A stretch of 56,612 nucleotides of DNA, taken from assembly GCA_964390745.1 (NCBI GenBank), contig CAYMIK010000005.1, positions 1 to 56,612 of the forward strand, in the 5' to 3' direction. Source of the DNA: an uncultured Candidatus Saccharibacteria bacterium. GTDB taxonomy: Bacteria; Patescibacteriota; JAUYIX01; CAYMIK01. Under the pieces are notes generated by a model. It had not been told where the DNA came from and searched no databases. It saw only the letters and a list, made by a program, of their open reading frames with translations. Made by a program: the position numbers and the translations under genes. Of the stretch, positions 47,526 to 55,340 are shown piece after piece (the first letter of the stretch is position 1; each line of letters opens with the position of its first letter).

Positions 47526-47580
47526 AAGACCTCCCTACTACTATAGTAGGCCGATGGTTACGGAATGCAAGCCCGGGCGA

Positions 47581-48021
47581 CTACCAATACGCTTCGCTCG
47601 TGAGGTATTTCTTTTTTGCTTCTTTTGCGTTCAAATCAATGAGTTGCCTCAGAACCTTTGGGTCTACATCCGAAAGCCGTTGAATATACAGACACGATCC
47701 ACCAACAGAATGCTTTCCCAGCTTCTTCAAGAGGGCTGACTTATTTTTATATCCCATGAGGAGATACAACGTGATATTCTTTTTTCTTGGAGAAAAGCCG
47801 GTCGAAAACCAGTCAAGTTCCCGGCCACTCGCATACTTCATATGGCATTCGCCAAATCCAACAATGGCACTCCCCCACATCTTTCCCTTGTCTTTGGTTG
47901 TAGCCTGCATCATCTTCGCAAGAGTTTTACAGTCCTTTTGGATCGCTGGGTCTTTGATCGTTGCAATAAACTGGGCGATGGTCTGTTTTGTTGGTTGAGT
48001 TTTGAGCTTTGCGTTTGCCAT
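47581..48021 (-). CDS. DUF1801 (YdhG-like) domain protein
   Basis: KMWGSAIVGFG, WFSTGFSPRKKNITLY, LGKHSVGGSCLYI. Confidence 0.88.
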   Translation of the reverse strand: MANAKLKTQPTKQTIAQFIATIKDPAIQKDCKTLAKMMQATTKDKGKMWGSAIVGFGECHMKYASGRELDWFSTGFSPRKKNITLYLLMGYKNKSALLKKLGKHSVGGSCLYIQRLSDVDPKVLRQLIDLNAKEAKKKYLTSEAYW

Positions 48022-48236
48022 TATTTTGGATCAAAATTTGTTACTCTTACCTGCTTGCCGGTTTTATCGAATGTTGTCCAGTTCCCTACCTTCTTACTGT
48101 TCTTAAAATACCCCGAGCCCATCTTTGAACCATCAAGCCGAAACCACTCCCAGTAGCCGGTCATCTTACCATTTTCGGTCCAACCCTTTGCCCAGAGACT
48201 TCCATCATTATGATTTTTAATGAATCTTTTTTTCAT
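48021..48236 (-). CDS. small MORN-variant/YwqK-like repeat protein
   Basis: GKMTGYWEWFRLDG..GYFKNSKKVGNWTTFDKTG repeats. Confidence 0.75.
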   Translation of the reverse strand: MKKRFIKNHNDGSLWAKGWTENGKMTGYWEWFRLDGSKMGSGYFKNSKKVGNWTTFDKTGKQVRVTNFDPK

Positions 48237-48597
48237 GATTTTTGAAAAATTTATGTATATTGGCAGGAAAGTAATCTTTTCCTTTTATCATTTTACCAGG
48301 TCCATAATCTTTGCTCATATTTGATCGATGGACTTCTTCAAAAATCTCTTCGATCTTGTCCTGGAGGCCATGTTCAATAACCGTACCATACACACAATAA
48401 AGGATATCGCAGAGCTCTTTGGCAATTATTTCGATGTTATCATTTTCAACACCTTGGTGGAGATACTCCTCCACTTCATCATGCATAAGTACGTATCGAA
48501 GGTTGGAACGATCTTTTGGAATAAGCGAAGGCTCCTCAGAGACAAATGCCCTGAATTTCTTGTGGAATGTTTTTACGAGATCGAGTTGTTTCTTCAT
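48217..48597 (-). CDS. MazG-like NTP pyrophosphatase (PRA-PH/DR2231-like)
   Basis: VKTFHKKF, LMHDEVEEY, KELCDILY, FEEVHRSNMSK; start trimmed to MKKQL at 48597. Confidence 0.85.
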   Translation of the reverse strand: MKKQLDLVKTFHKKFRAFVSEEPSLIPKDRSNLRYVLMHDEVEEYLHQGVENDNIEIIAKELCDILYCVYGTVIEHGLQDKIEEIFEEVHRSNMSKDYGPGKMIKGKDYFPANIHKFFKNHEKKIH

Positions 48598-48640
48598 ATC
48601 AGAAAAGTTTCTGCGAGACGTCGGCTTACACAAACTTTTC

Positions 48641-48734
48641 TGGCGGAGAGGGAGGGATTCGAACCCTCGCGGCGGAAAATCTCCACCCTACAGGTTTAGC
48701 AAACCCGCCTCTTCAACCACTTGAGTACCTCTCC
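48641..48734 (-). tRNA. tRNA-Ser(GCT)
   Basis: GGAGAGG stem, CGGGT-TTGCTAA-ACCTG arm, long variable arm, CCA. Confidence 0.95.
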
Positions 48735-48850
48735 GCGGCCCCATATTTGTAACATCATTCGCTCAAAAAGTCTAGAGTAAATCATTAAGGAGCGTGATCG
48801 TGCAAAGAATCGCAAAATGGTATATAATAGCGCTACAGAAAAACAAGACG

Positions 48851-49438
48851 ATGGATATCCAAAAAACAAAAAAAGAAACTGCCCGCAGAACGCACTTAGC
48901 GCTCAAAAAACAGCATGCAGATGGCAAAAGCGACACGGGCGATGTTCGAACCAATGAAGAGAAACAGTGGTTTACTACCATTTTTATGGAATGGAATCCT
49001 TTAGAGTTTCGCGAAATGGCTCGAGGCGACAACTGGTACTTGTGGCTCGGCGTTATCACGGCGATTCTGATTACCATTTTCATTCTGACAAAAACCTATA
49101 TTGTTGCTGTCACCTTTTTCTTGGTGGCAGTTGTTTTGGTTATGTTCGCACAGAAACCCTCGAAACGCGTTCGAGTTCGTCTCACCGATACCGGCATCGA
49201 AATTCGTGATAAATTTTACCCATACCACTCACTCAAAAGTTTTTGGATTCTGTACGAGCCGCCACACATTACTACATTAAACTTTGAACAAAAAAGCAAA
49301 GTTACACTGAACATCAATGTTGAAATTGAGAACGAAGATCCCGTAGCCATTCGAGACATCTTGCTGCAGTACCTTCCAGAAGATGAGGAAAAAGAAGAAG
49401 ACATCGTAGACACGATCGCTCGCCGTCTCCGTTTTTAG
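48851..49438 (+). CDS. conserved 2-TM membrane protein with PH-like C-terminal domain
   Basis: EW..LEF..RGDNWY, two TMs, GIEIRDKFYPYHSLKSFWI; start trimmed to MDIQ at 48851. Confidence 0.75.
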   Translation: MDIQKTKKETARRTHLALKKQHADGKSDTGDVRTNEEKQWFTTIFMEWNPLEFREMARGDNWYLWLGVITAILITIFILTKTYIVAVTFFLVAVVLVMFAQKPSKRVRVRLTDTGIEIRDKFYPYHSLKSFWILYEPPHITTLNFEQKSKVTLNINVEIENEDPVAIRDILLQYLPEDEEKEEDIVDTIARRLRF

Positions 49439-49467
49439 TTGACATAAACGCTCCCCTCTTATAGGAT
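49439..49467 (+). promoter_or_regulatory. promoter of tRNA-Arg
   Basis: TTGACA-17-TAGGAT. Confidence 0.7.
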
Positions 49468-49509
49468 AGCAGGAGCTGTTTTGGAATCGCATTTCAATAC
49501 GCCCATCGT

Positions 49510-49586
49510 GCACCCGTAGCTCAGTTGGATAGAGCGTGAGCTTGCGGAGCTCAAGGTCATAGGTTCGAATCCTGTCGGGTGCACCA
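49510..49586 (+). tRNA. tRNA-Arg(GCG), integration target
   Basis: GCACCCG/CGGGTGC stem, TGAGC-TTGCGGA-GCTCA arm, TTCGAAT T-loop, CCA. Confidence 0.95.
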
Positions 49587-51020
49587 ATCAGTACGTGAGG
49601 TCTCATAAATTGCATCGAACGGTTTTTTAAAAGTTATCTTAGCGGAATTTCCAGAAACAAATAAGTTTGAAACTAGGGTCCGAAGCACTTCGGGCTTATT
49701 TTCATCTGCAACGAATTTATAGCTATGGTAAGCGCTTTGTGCCAGTTTGAAAAATTCCTCAACATCTCGAATTATCTCATCATCATTTACGTCAAATTCA
49801 TTCAGTTTCTGCTTTAAACTTTCTTTCTCTGTGGCCAATTGCTGTTGCAATTCGTAGTACGTTTCCTCATTCCCCTCTTCAATGAGTTGATGCTCCAAGA
49901 GCTTCGTCATTTTTGTTTTAACAATTTGGTAGCGGCGCTGAAGCTTTACATGCTCTGCACGCCGAGTTGCGGTGAGCTCATGAACCTTTCGTGAAATAAT
50001 ATCGCGAATCAATTGCATGGTTCCATTATTAAAGTTTATCTTCTTCAGTTCGTCTTCTACGACCTGTTCAATACAGCGTTCTGAAATTGCCTTTTGCTGA
50101 CAGTCCTTGGTTCGGCACAAATAGTATCGGTAGTTTATTTTTGTAATCTGAGGATAGCATGCCCTATGACATAGCATACAAAAAACTTTACCACGAAAGA
50201 TAAAGAAACGCTTTAATTTTTCTTGACTCTTGGGGCGCGTGTTGCTCTCTAGGGACTGTACCTTTCTAAATAGTTCCATGGAAACTATAGGGGCATGCGT
50301 GCCGTTATAGGTTCCACGCAGGAGACCATTGCGTCGAACCCCCATATTGATAACACCAGCGTAAAAAGAATTACTCAACATGCCAGCGATTGAATTTTTG
50401 CTTACTACGTTACCGGACTTTGTCAGCAGTCCCTCCTCTTTCATTACGGTTGCCAATTTTTCAAATGAATATGCCCCTGTAGCGCGTAGTTTAAACATCT
50501 TTAGTATCAACGGTGCCCTATCTCCATCTAAAACCTTCAACCCCTTTCCCGCATTGGCATATCCAAGAGGTGCAGGAAAAGGATATTGTCCTGCTTCGAG
50601 TGACGACTTCATTCCCCGGACAACATTATCTCTGAGGTTGTCTGAATATATGGTTGCTACACCGAAGTGAAAGAAGAACATGAGTGTATCTTTTTCGGTA
50701 TGCACACCGTCAGACGTACGAATCTCCTTAACTTCACCGGTTCGAATTGCATCTATTATTCGACCACCATCAGTACCATTTCGGGCTAGCCGGTCAAGTT
50801 TCCATGTTAGTATCGCCTCTGCGCCTCCCGTTCTAATAAACTCCATCATGTCTAAAAATACTGGGCGACCCGCCTCTTTGGCAGACCTCTCCTCTGTGTA
50901 GCACCGTACTATTTCAAGACCCTTGCTAATCTTAGCCATTTCCTGAAGCTGGTCCGGTATAGATTTAATCTGCTTTTCTTCGGACTCATTTGATTTGCGA
51001 GCATAGATAACATACTTCAT
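49557..51020 (-). CDS. large serine recombinase (resolvase + recombinase + zinc ribbon + coiled coil)
   Basis: YARKS catalytic Ser, WKLDRLAR, APLGY, HAPIVS.ELF, CMLC..C zinc ribbon. Confidence 0.93.
   Translation of the reverse strand: MKYVIYARKSNESEEKQIKSIPDQLQEMAKISKGLEIVRCYTEERSAKEAGRPVFLDMMEFIRTGGAEAILTWKLDRLARNGTDGGRIIDAIRTGEVKEIRTSDGVHTEKDTLMFFFHFGVATIYSDNLRDNVVRGMKSSLEAGQYPFPAPLGYANAGKGLKVLDGDRAPLILKMFKLRATGAYSFEKLATVMKEEGLLTKSGNVVSKNSIAGMLSNSFYAGVINMGVRRNGLLRGTYNGTHAPIVSMELFRKVQSLESNTRPKSQEKLKRFFIFRGKVFCMLCHRACYPQITKINYRYYLCRTKDCQQKAISERCIEQVVEDELKKINFNNGTMQLIRDIISRKVHELTATRRAEHVKLQRRYQIVKTKMTKLLEHQLIEEGNEETYYELQQQLATEKESLKQKLNEFDVNDDEIIRDVEEFFKLAQSAYHSYKFVADENKPEVLRTLVSNLFVSGNSAKITFKKPFDAIYETSRTDWCTRQDSNL
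49567..49587 (+). repeat. att core, tRNA-proximal copy
   Basis: GAATCCTGTCGGGTGCACCAA identical to 55341-55361. Confidence 0.93.
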
Positions 51021-51445
51021 CTTTCCTCAACAATTTTATTAATAGCATCTCGTAGCACGTCGCGGTCTTTTGCGGCCGCTACTTCAATGGATGACACCAT
51101 GATATTCGAAGAGTTTTTGACAAATCCATGTATTTCTAGCATCAACTTTATTGCATTCAAGTTACCATCCTGCACCAAACTGCGTAATTTTACGTAAGCA
51201 TCAAAGACGTCAACGCGGGAATTCTCAAGAAGTTTTTCAGCACACACCGCCATTACAGTTGATATTGGTGGTGTAACGCTCCAGTTATACAAGGTTTTCC
51301 GTGCCACACCAAGTTGCTTTGCCATTTCTTCAAAAGTTTGTGGTTCACGTAGCGACTTTGGAAGTAACCTCCATTCTATGAACTTCTTCTGTTCGGGTGT
51401 AGTTTCTGGGTAATTTGCGAAATTAATTAATTCCATCATACTCAC
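51017..51445 (-). CDS. HTH protein, phBC6A51/terminase-small-subunit-like
   Basis: EEMAKQLGVARKTLYNW HTH; GNLNAIKLMLEI resembles TerS-type G-x-x-x-A-x-K helix; ATGA-coupled to integrase. Confidence 0.65.
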   Translation of the reverse strand: MSMMELINFANYPETTPEQKKFIEWRLLPKSLREPQTFEEMAKQLGVARKTLYNWSVTPPISTVMAVCAEKLLENSRVDVFDAYVKLRSLVQDGNLNAIKLMLEIHGFVKNSSNIMVSSIEVAAAKDRDVLRDAINKIVEER

Positions 51446-51732
51446 TTTTTGGGTTTGAGACTATCTCGTCGGGTCTTCCTATTCTTTCGCTCAAACTTTA
51501 TTTCCTTTGTTAAGAGCTTATTAAAGTATGCTGCTGGGTTTTGAATCTTTTCAATATTTGCTCTGCGCATTTTTGCCACAGACTTTTTGAATGGCATAAT
51601 TCCATTCCATTTATAGGTGTGGAGAAAGAAGTCCATGAATGGTTCAACTAGTTCCGATGCTAACATCCAGAGATAACTTTCATCATTGTTGGTTGGCTTG
51701 TAGCTCTGAGTCTTTATCGTATTTTTATACAT
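51442..51732 (-). CDS. hypothetical protein with IQNPAAYF motif (replication-protein C-terminal-like)
   Basis: IQNPAAYFNKLL; basic C-terminus; ATGA overlap with next gene. Confidence 0.6.
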   Translation of the reverse strand: MYKNTIKTQSYKPTNNDESYLWMLASELVEPFMDFFLHTYKWNGIMPFKKSVAKMRRANIEKIQNPAAYFNKLLTKEIKFERKNRKTRRDSLKPKK

Positions 51733-51796
51733 ATCGATATATTTATTAGTTATTGCTTATTTATTCTTACTTATTGAGACTTCTGCATTTAGCTAC

Positions 51797-52240
51797 TTAC
51801 GGTGGGAACTTTAATCGCTCACTTAAGCCATCTCTTTGTTCCTTTAACCTCTGCTCTGCCTTTACATTATTCTGCGCCTGCTCGCCCATTGAACCGCCAA
51901 AGCTCTGCATCAGTTCTTGAGGACTGGTTGTATTTTTAGCTTTTACAACAGGATAACCAACAAGCGCGACTTCTACGCCAAGTCTTTTCCCTTGCTGTAG
52001 CGCTTTAGCTATATATTTCTTATCTGCTAGTCTCCTTATCGTTCTACCAACCTGGTCCACGCTTAGTCCGGAACGTCTTGAAATATCAGCGTAGATACAT
52101 TTAGTCGTTCCTGTATAAAAAGATGCCTTGAGAAAGAGAAGGCACAGAATGCCAAATTCCTCAAAGTCAATCGTACCCGCATCTAAATCATATGCATACT
52201 GTCTCGGTACTTGTGCGAAGTTTTTTTGCTTTTGAACCAT
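51797..52240 (-). CDS. winged-HTH protein, phage replication initiator N-terminal-like
   Basis: NFAQVP start, ISRRSGLSVDQVGRTIRRLADKKYI wHTH; GGGAG SD. Confidence 0.65.
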   Translation of the reverse strand: MVQKQKNFAQVPRQYAYDLDAGTIDFEEFGILCLLFLKASFYTGTTKCIYADISRRSGLSVDQVGRTIRRLADKKYIAKALQQGKRLGVEVALVGYPVVKAKNTTSPQELMQSFGGSMGEQAQNNVKAEQRLKEQRDGLSERLKFPP

Positions 52241-52242
52241 TT

Positions 52243-52310
52243 TGACACTCCCAGTTGCCCATTTTGGTTCAGTAAGCAGGGAGTGTCATTATTCCCATAC
52301 TGAACCAAAA
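52243..52310 (-). promoter_or_regulatory. interleaved double inverted repeat (pseudoknot-like) over the RBS of the wHTH gene
   Basis: TGACACTCCC(52243-52)/GGGAGTGTCA(52279-88) and TTTTGGTTCAGTA(52262-74)/TACTGAACCAAAA(52298-310), both perfect. Confidence 0.8.
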
Positions 52311-52328
52311 CAGGAAACGAATTACTTA

Positions 52329-52448
52329 TTAATCTGACTTCGAATTAATGAATTTATTTAAACTTAAATCATTCTTCTTTTCCTTGAGCCAAAGCTCAAA
52401 AAGAAGGTTTATGTATTCTTCAAAATTTTTTTGTTCTTCGCTATTCAT
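52329..52448 (-). CDS. possible 39-aa peptide below ORF-track threshold
   Basis: Hand translation MNSEEQKNFEEYINLLFELWLKEKKNDLSLNKFINSKSD*. Confidence 0.35.
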   Translation of the reverse strand: MNSEEQKNFEEYINLLFELWLKEKKNDLSLNKFINSKSD

Positions 52449-52457
52449 AATTCCAAT

Positions 52458-52503
52458 AAAAAAACCCAGCTAAAAGCCAACTTGGTTGGTTTTCAACTGG
52501 GTT
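52458..52503 (-). terminator. intrinsic terminator after zinc-finger gene
   Basis: Minus strand AACCCAG..AAAACCAAC-CAA-GTTGGCTTTT..CTGGGTTTTTTT. Confidence 0.7.
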
Positions 52504-52551
52504 CATTTAAACGCGGTTGCCCGCGCTATTTCTTATACCCACAATAGGTTT

Positions 52552-52878
52552 TTAATCTTCTAAAGGCACTGTATTCTCAATTTCCGAACTTGTCAAATCT
52601 GCCGTTGTATATGCACGCTGAGGACCCCACATAATAACCTTCTCGCCTTTTTCGTTGGTGTTGCGTTGCGGTGGAAATACAATTAGTAATTCGTGACAGT
52701 TGTAACATGTGTAAACTTTTTCTTTATTGTCAGTAAGTCTAGTAACAATAACACCAGACTTTTTCCGTCCTAAAAAGTGGCCGCAATTGGCGCATTTAAC
52801 ACGTCGCTTGCCATTATCTTTAAATGTAGGTGTTGCTGTCATTACTTTTTTTAATACTACGTGGGTATTTTTGAACAC
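52552..52878 (-). CDS. C4 zinc-finger protein (Mu Com-like spacing)
   Basis: VKCANCGHFLG and YTCYNCHEL pairs. Confidence 0.65.
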   Translation of the reverse strand: MFKNTHVVLKKVMTATPTFKDNGKRRVKCANCGHFLGRKKSGVIVTRLTDNKEKVYTCYNCHELLIVFPPQRNTNEKGEKVIMWGPQRAYTTADLTSSEIENTVPLED

Positions 52879-52977
52879 TTATTGCACAATGTCAATGACT
52901 TCTCCATTCTTAAGCCACTTCACATCCACGAGCACCCATGCTATCGTTGCCACATAATAAGTGAATAAAAGGGTTAT

Positions 52978-53589
52978 ATGCCTACTGAGAATGCGACCAA
53001 AGAAGCGCCAAATCAAGAGGTTGCACTAACAAAGAAAAAGCCATGGTGGCAGAACTGTTGGGTTATAGGTGTTGGTATTTTTCTTTTAATGGGCATTTCG
53101 GGGCTCATATCCCAATCATATAAAGTAGCAACAGATAAAGTTGAAAATAACACAACGCAAGTTACTACGCCTCAAGCTCAAAATACTGAGACAGAAGACG
53201 AGAAAGCGGCACGTCTAGCGGATGAAGAAAAATACAAACTCACGTATTCGCTATACAAAACCGGCCACAATAACCGTGTCGAAAACTTTGAGTTCCTCAT
53301 GAAAGGGACACCAAGGAATGACGCCGCAATTTCAGATTTAGTGAAAAAAGCAAAGAGTGAAAACTGTACTCGTTCTTGTAACGTCTACCTGTATAATGAC
53401 GAAGAAGCGGCCAATCTCGACTATATAAATAGTTTTACTTCAGAAGTCGATGGAACTAAATACGAACAATGGATGAAAGACCATTACTCCTTTATCGCAG
53501 ACCATCTAGTTGCATCGATTGAATTCACAGGTGACAAGGTAAATATGTACCCATACAAAGACACCTCTCTATATAACAAATATAAATAG
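52978..53589 (+). CDS. single-TM membrane protein with extracytoplasmic domain
   Basis: KKKPWWQNCWVIGVGIFLLMGISG TM, Thr/Gln-rich linker, globular C-terminus. Confidence 0.75.
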   Translation: MPTENATKEAPNQEVALTKKKPWWQNCWVIGVGIFLLMGISGLISQSYKVATDKVENNTTQVTTPQAQNTETEDEKAARLADEEKYKLTYSLYKTGHNNRVENFEFLMKGTPRNDAAISDLVKKAKSENCTRSCNVYLYNDEEAANLDYINSFTSEVDGTKYEQWMKDHYSFIADHLVASIEFTGDKVNMYPYKDTSLYNKYK

Positions 53590-53735
53590 TTTATATTGGG
53601 TTTCCGTAATATAACATTACTGACCTTTGTATTCGTATTTTCCAAAAGGTTTGACACACACAGCCATACAGCGTAAGCTGCAATGTTGATATTGCACAAC
53701 TTATCGAAGCAACTAGATAACTTTCAAAAAAGGAA

Positions 53736-55055
53736 ATGGCGAAGCTGACCTTAACCTTAACTGAGATGCAAGATTTAGCCAAAACTCGTGGTGGCGAGTG
53801 TTTGTCTTCTGTTTACGTTAATTGCGACATGAAGCTTAAATGGAAATGCGCAAAAGGTCATATTTGGACAGCGTCTGCGACCAGTGTTAAGCATAATGGT
53901 TCGTGGTGTTACGAATGCTCAAGGTCAAGAAAATATACCCTGAGCGATATGCAAAAATTAGCGTCCAAGCACAAAGGGAAGTGCCTATCAACAGAATATA
54001 TCAATCGGCACAGTAAACTTGAATGGGCCTGCGAGAAAGGTCACACATGGAGTACTGCCCCTAAATATATTCTAGATGGAAGTTGGTGTCCAAAGTGCGT
54101 CCATGAGAGTTTACTTAAGACGAAAGAGGATATGGTTAAACTTGCTAGTAAAAATGGCGGCATTTTGCTTTCTACAAAATACATAAATGCCAAAACTAAG
54201 CTCAAATGGCAATGCAAGAATGGTCACATTTGGGAGACCAATCCTGACAATGTGAAAAAAGGTTCATGGTGCCCATTTTGCAATAAAAATTACCTTAGTT
54301 TAGAAATATGTAGAAAGATGGCAGAAAGTAGGGACGGTAAGTTTCTTAGCCAAACATACAAAAACCAACTAACACCATACTTATGGCAATGTAAACATGG
54401 TCATACATGGAAGACAACTACCATGGTAATTAGACGAGGAGCTTGGTGCCCAGACTGTGCTAGAACTGAGATGGGGCTCAATTCAAGAAAATATCTCATT
54501 TCGGACTTGCAAGTATACGCGAAAAAGAAAGGTGGCCTCCTGTTATCAAGGCAGTACACTTTAGCAAAAATTAAATACGATTGGAAATGTAAAAAAGGGC
54601 ACACATGGAAAACTGCGTGGTGTCAGATGAAAATAACCGAGTCGTGGTGCCCAGTGTGCAATGACAGTAAAATGGAAACTTATTGTCGACAAATACTCGA
54701 ACGTAAACTCAAAACGCTGTTTCCAAAAAAAAGACCAGATTGGTTGCGCAATGACCGTGGCTACCTCTTAGAACTTGATGGCTACTCAGAAAAACTCGCG
54801 CTAGCCTTTGAGTACAATGGTGAACAACATGATAAGCGTATTGTCTATTTTCACAAAACAGAGAATGCACTCCTTACTCAAAAGAAAAATGACTACATCA
54901 AAATTCTGACTTGTCTAAATAAGAGAGTGTATCTTATTACTATTCCGTTCTTCGTACCAGCTAATAAACTTGAGATGTTTATTCAGGCGCATCTAAATAA
55001 TTACAACAAACTCAAAAACGACCAGGCGCTATACGATGCTTGGTTTAAAATATAG
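53736..55055 (+). CDS. five-repeat zinc-ribbon protein with C-terminal PD-(D/E)XK (Vsr-like) endonuclease domain
   Basis: 5 x W-x-C-x2-GH-x-W...WCx2C repeats; LELDGY..LAFEYNGEQH. Confidence 0.8.
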   Translation: MAKLTLTLTEMQDLAKTRGGECLSSVYVNCDMKLKWKCAKGHIWTASATSVKHNGSWCYECSRSRKYTLSDMQKLASKHKGKCLSTEYINRHSKLEWACEKGHTWSTAPKYILDGSWCPKCVHESLLKTKEDMVKLASKNGGILLSTKYINAKTKLKWQCKNGHIWETNPDNVKKGSWCPFCNKNYLSLEICRKMAESRDGKFLSQTYKNQLTPYLWQCKHGHTWKTTTMVIRRGAWCPDCARTEMGLNSRKYLISDLQVYAKKKGGLLLSRQYTLAKIKYDWKCKKGHTWKTAWCQMKITESWCPVCNDSKMETYCRQILERKLKTLFPKKRPDWLRNDRGYLLELDGYSEKLALAFEYNGEQHDKRIVYFHKTENALLTQKKNDYIKILTCLNKRVYLITIPFFVPANKLEMFIQAHLNNYNKLKNDQALYDAWFKI

Positions 55056-55065
55056 AAAACCTTAC

Positions 55066-55263
55066 TTATCGTATATGAGCGTGGGGTCCAATTGAAGGGA
55101 AACCTGATAGACCTCCCTTTGAAACGGCCATAAAGGGAATATTTTCATCGCTAAGGGCTACACCAGCTTCAAATGCGACTGCTTTTGCAAACTCAAAGGT
55201 TGAGTTCTTTTTGTATCCCATATCTCGCAGATATAAATTTTCGTCGCTGCGTATTGTTTTCAT
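55066..55263 (-). CDS. small hypothetical protein (65 aa)
   Basis: ORF from track at the right end of the element; no domain recognised. Confidence 0.4.
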   Translation of the reverse strand: MKTIRSDENLYLRDMGYKKNSTFEFAKAVAFEAGVALSDENIPFMAVSKGGLSGFPSIGPHAHIR

Positions 55264-55340
55264 GGACTTATATTATACTCAACTGTGCACGAACGCAAAT
55301 GAGAGAGGTGATGAGTTTCTCCCAGACATCAGTTTGAGAT

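Noticed and set aside
48641-48734. att duplication of tRNA-Ser(GCT) or tRNA-Ser(TGA) 3' ends
   Set aside because: The only similarity found is between the two Ser tRNAs themselves; no displaced copy seen
51442-52240. Single frameshifted or read-through replication gene
   Set aside because: In-frame stops occur in the 64-bp spacer in both relevant frames; treated as two genes
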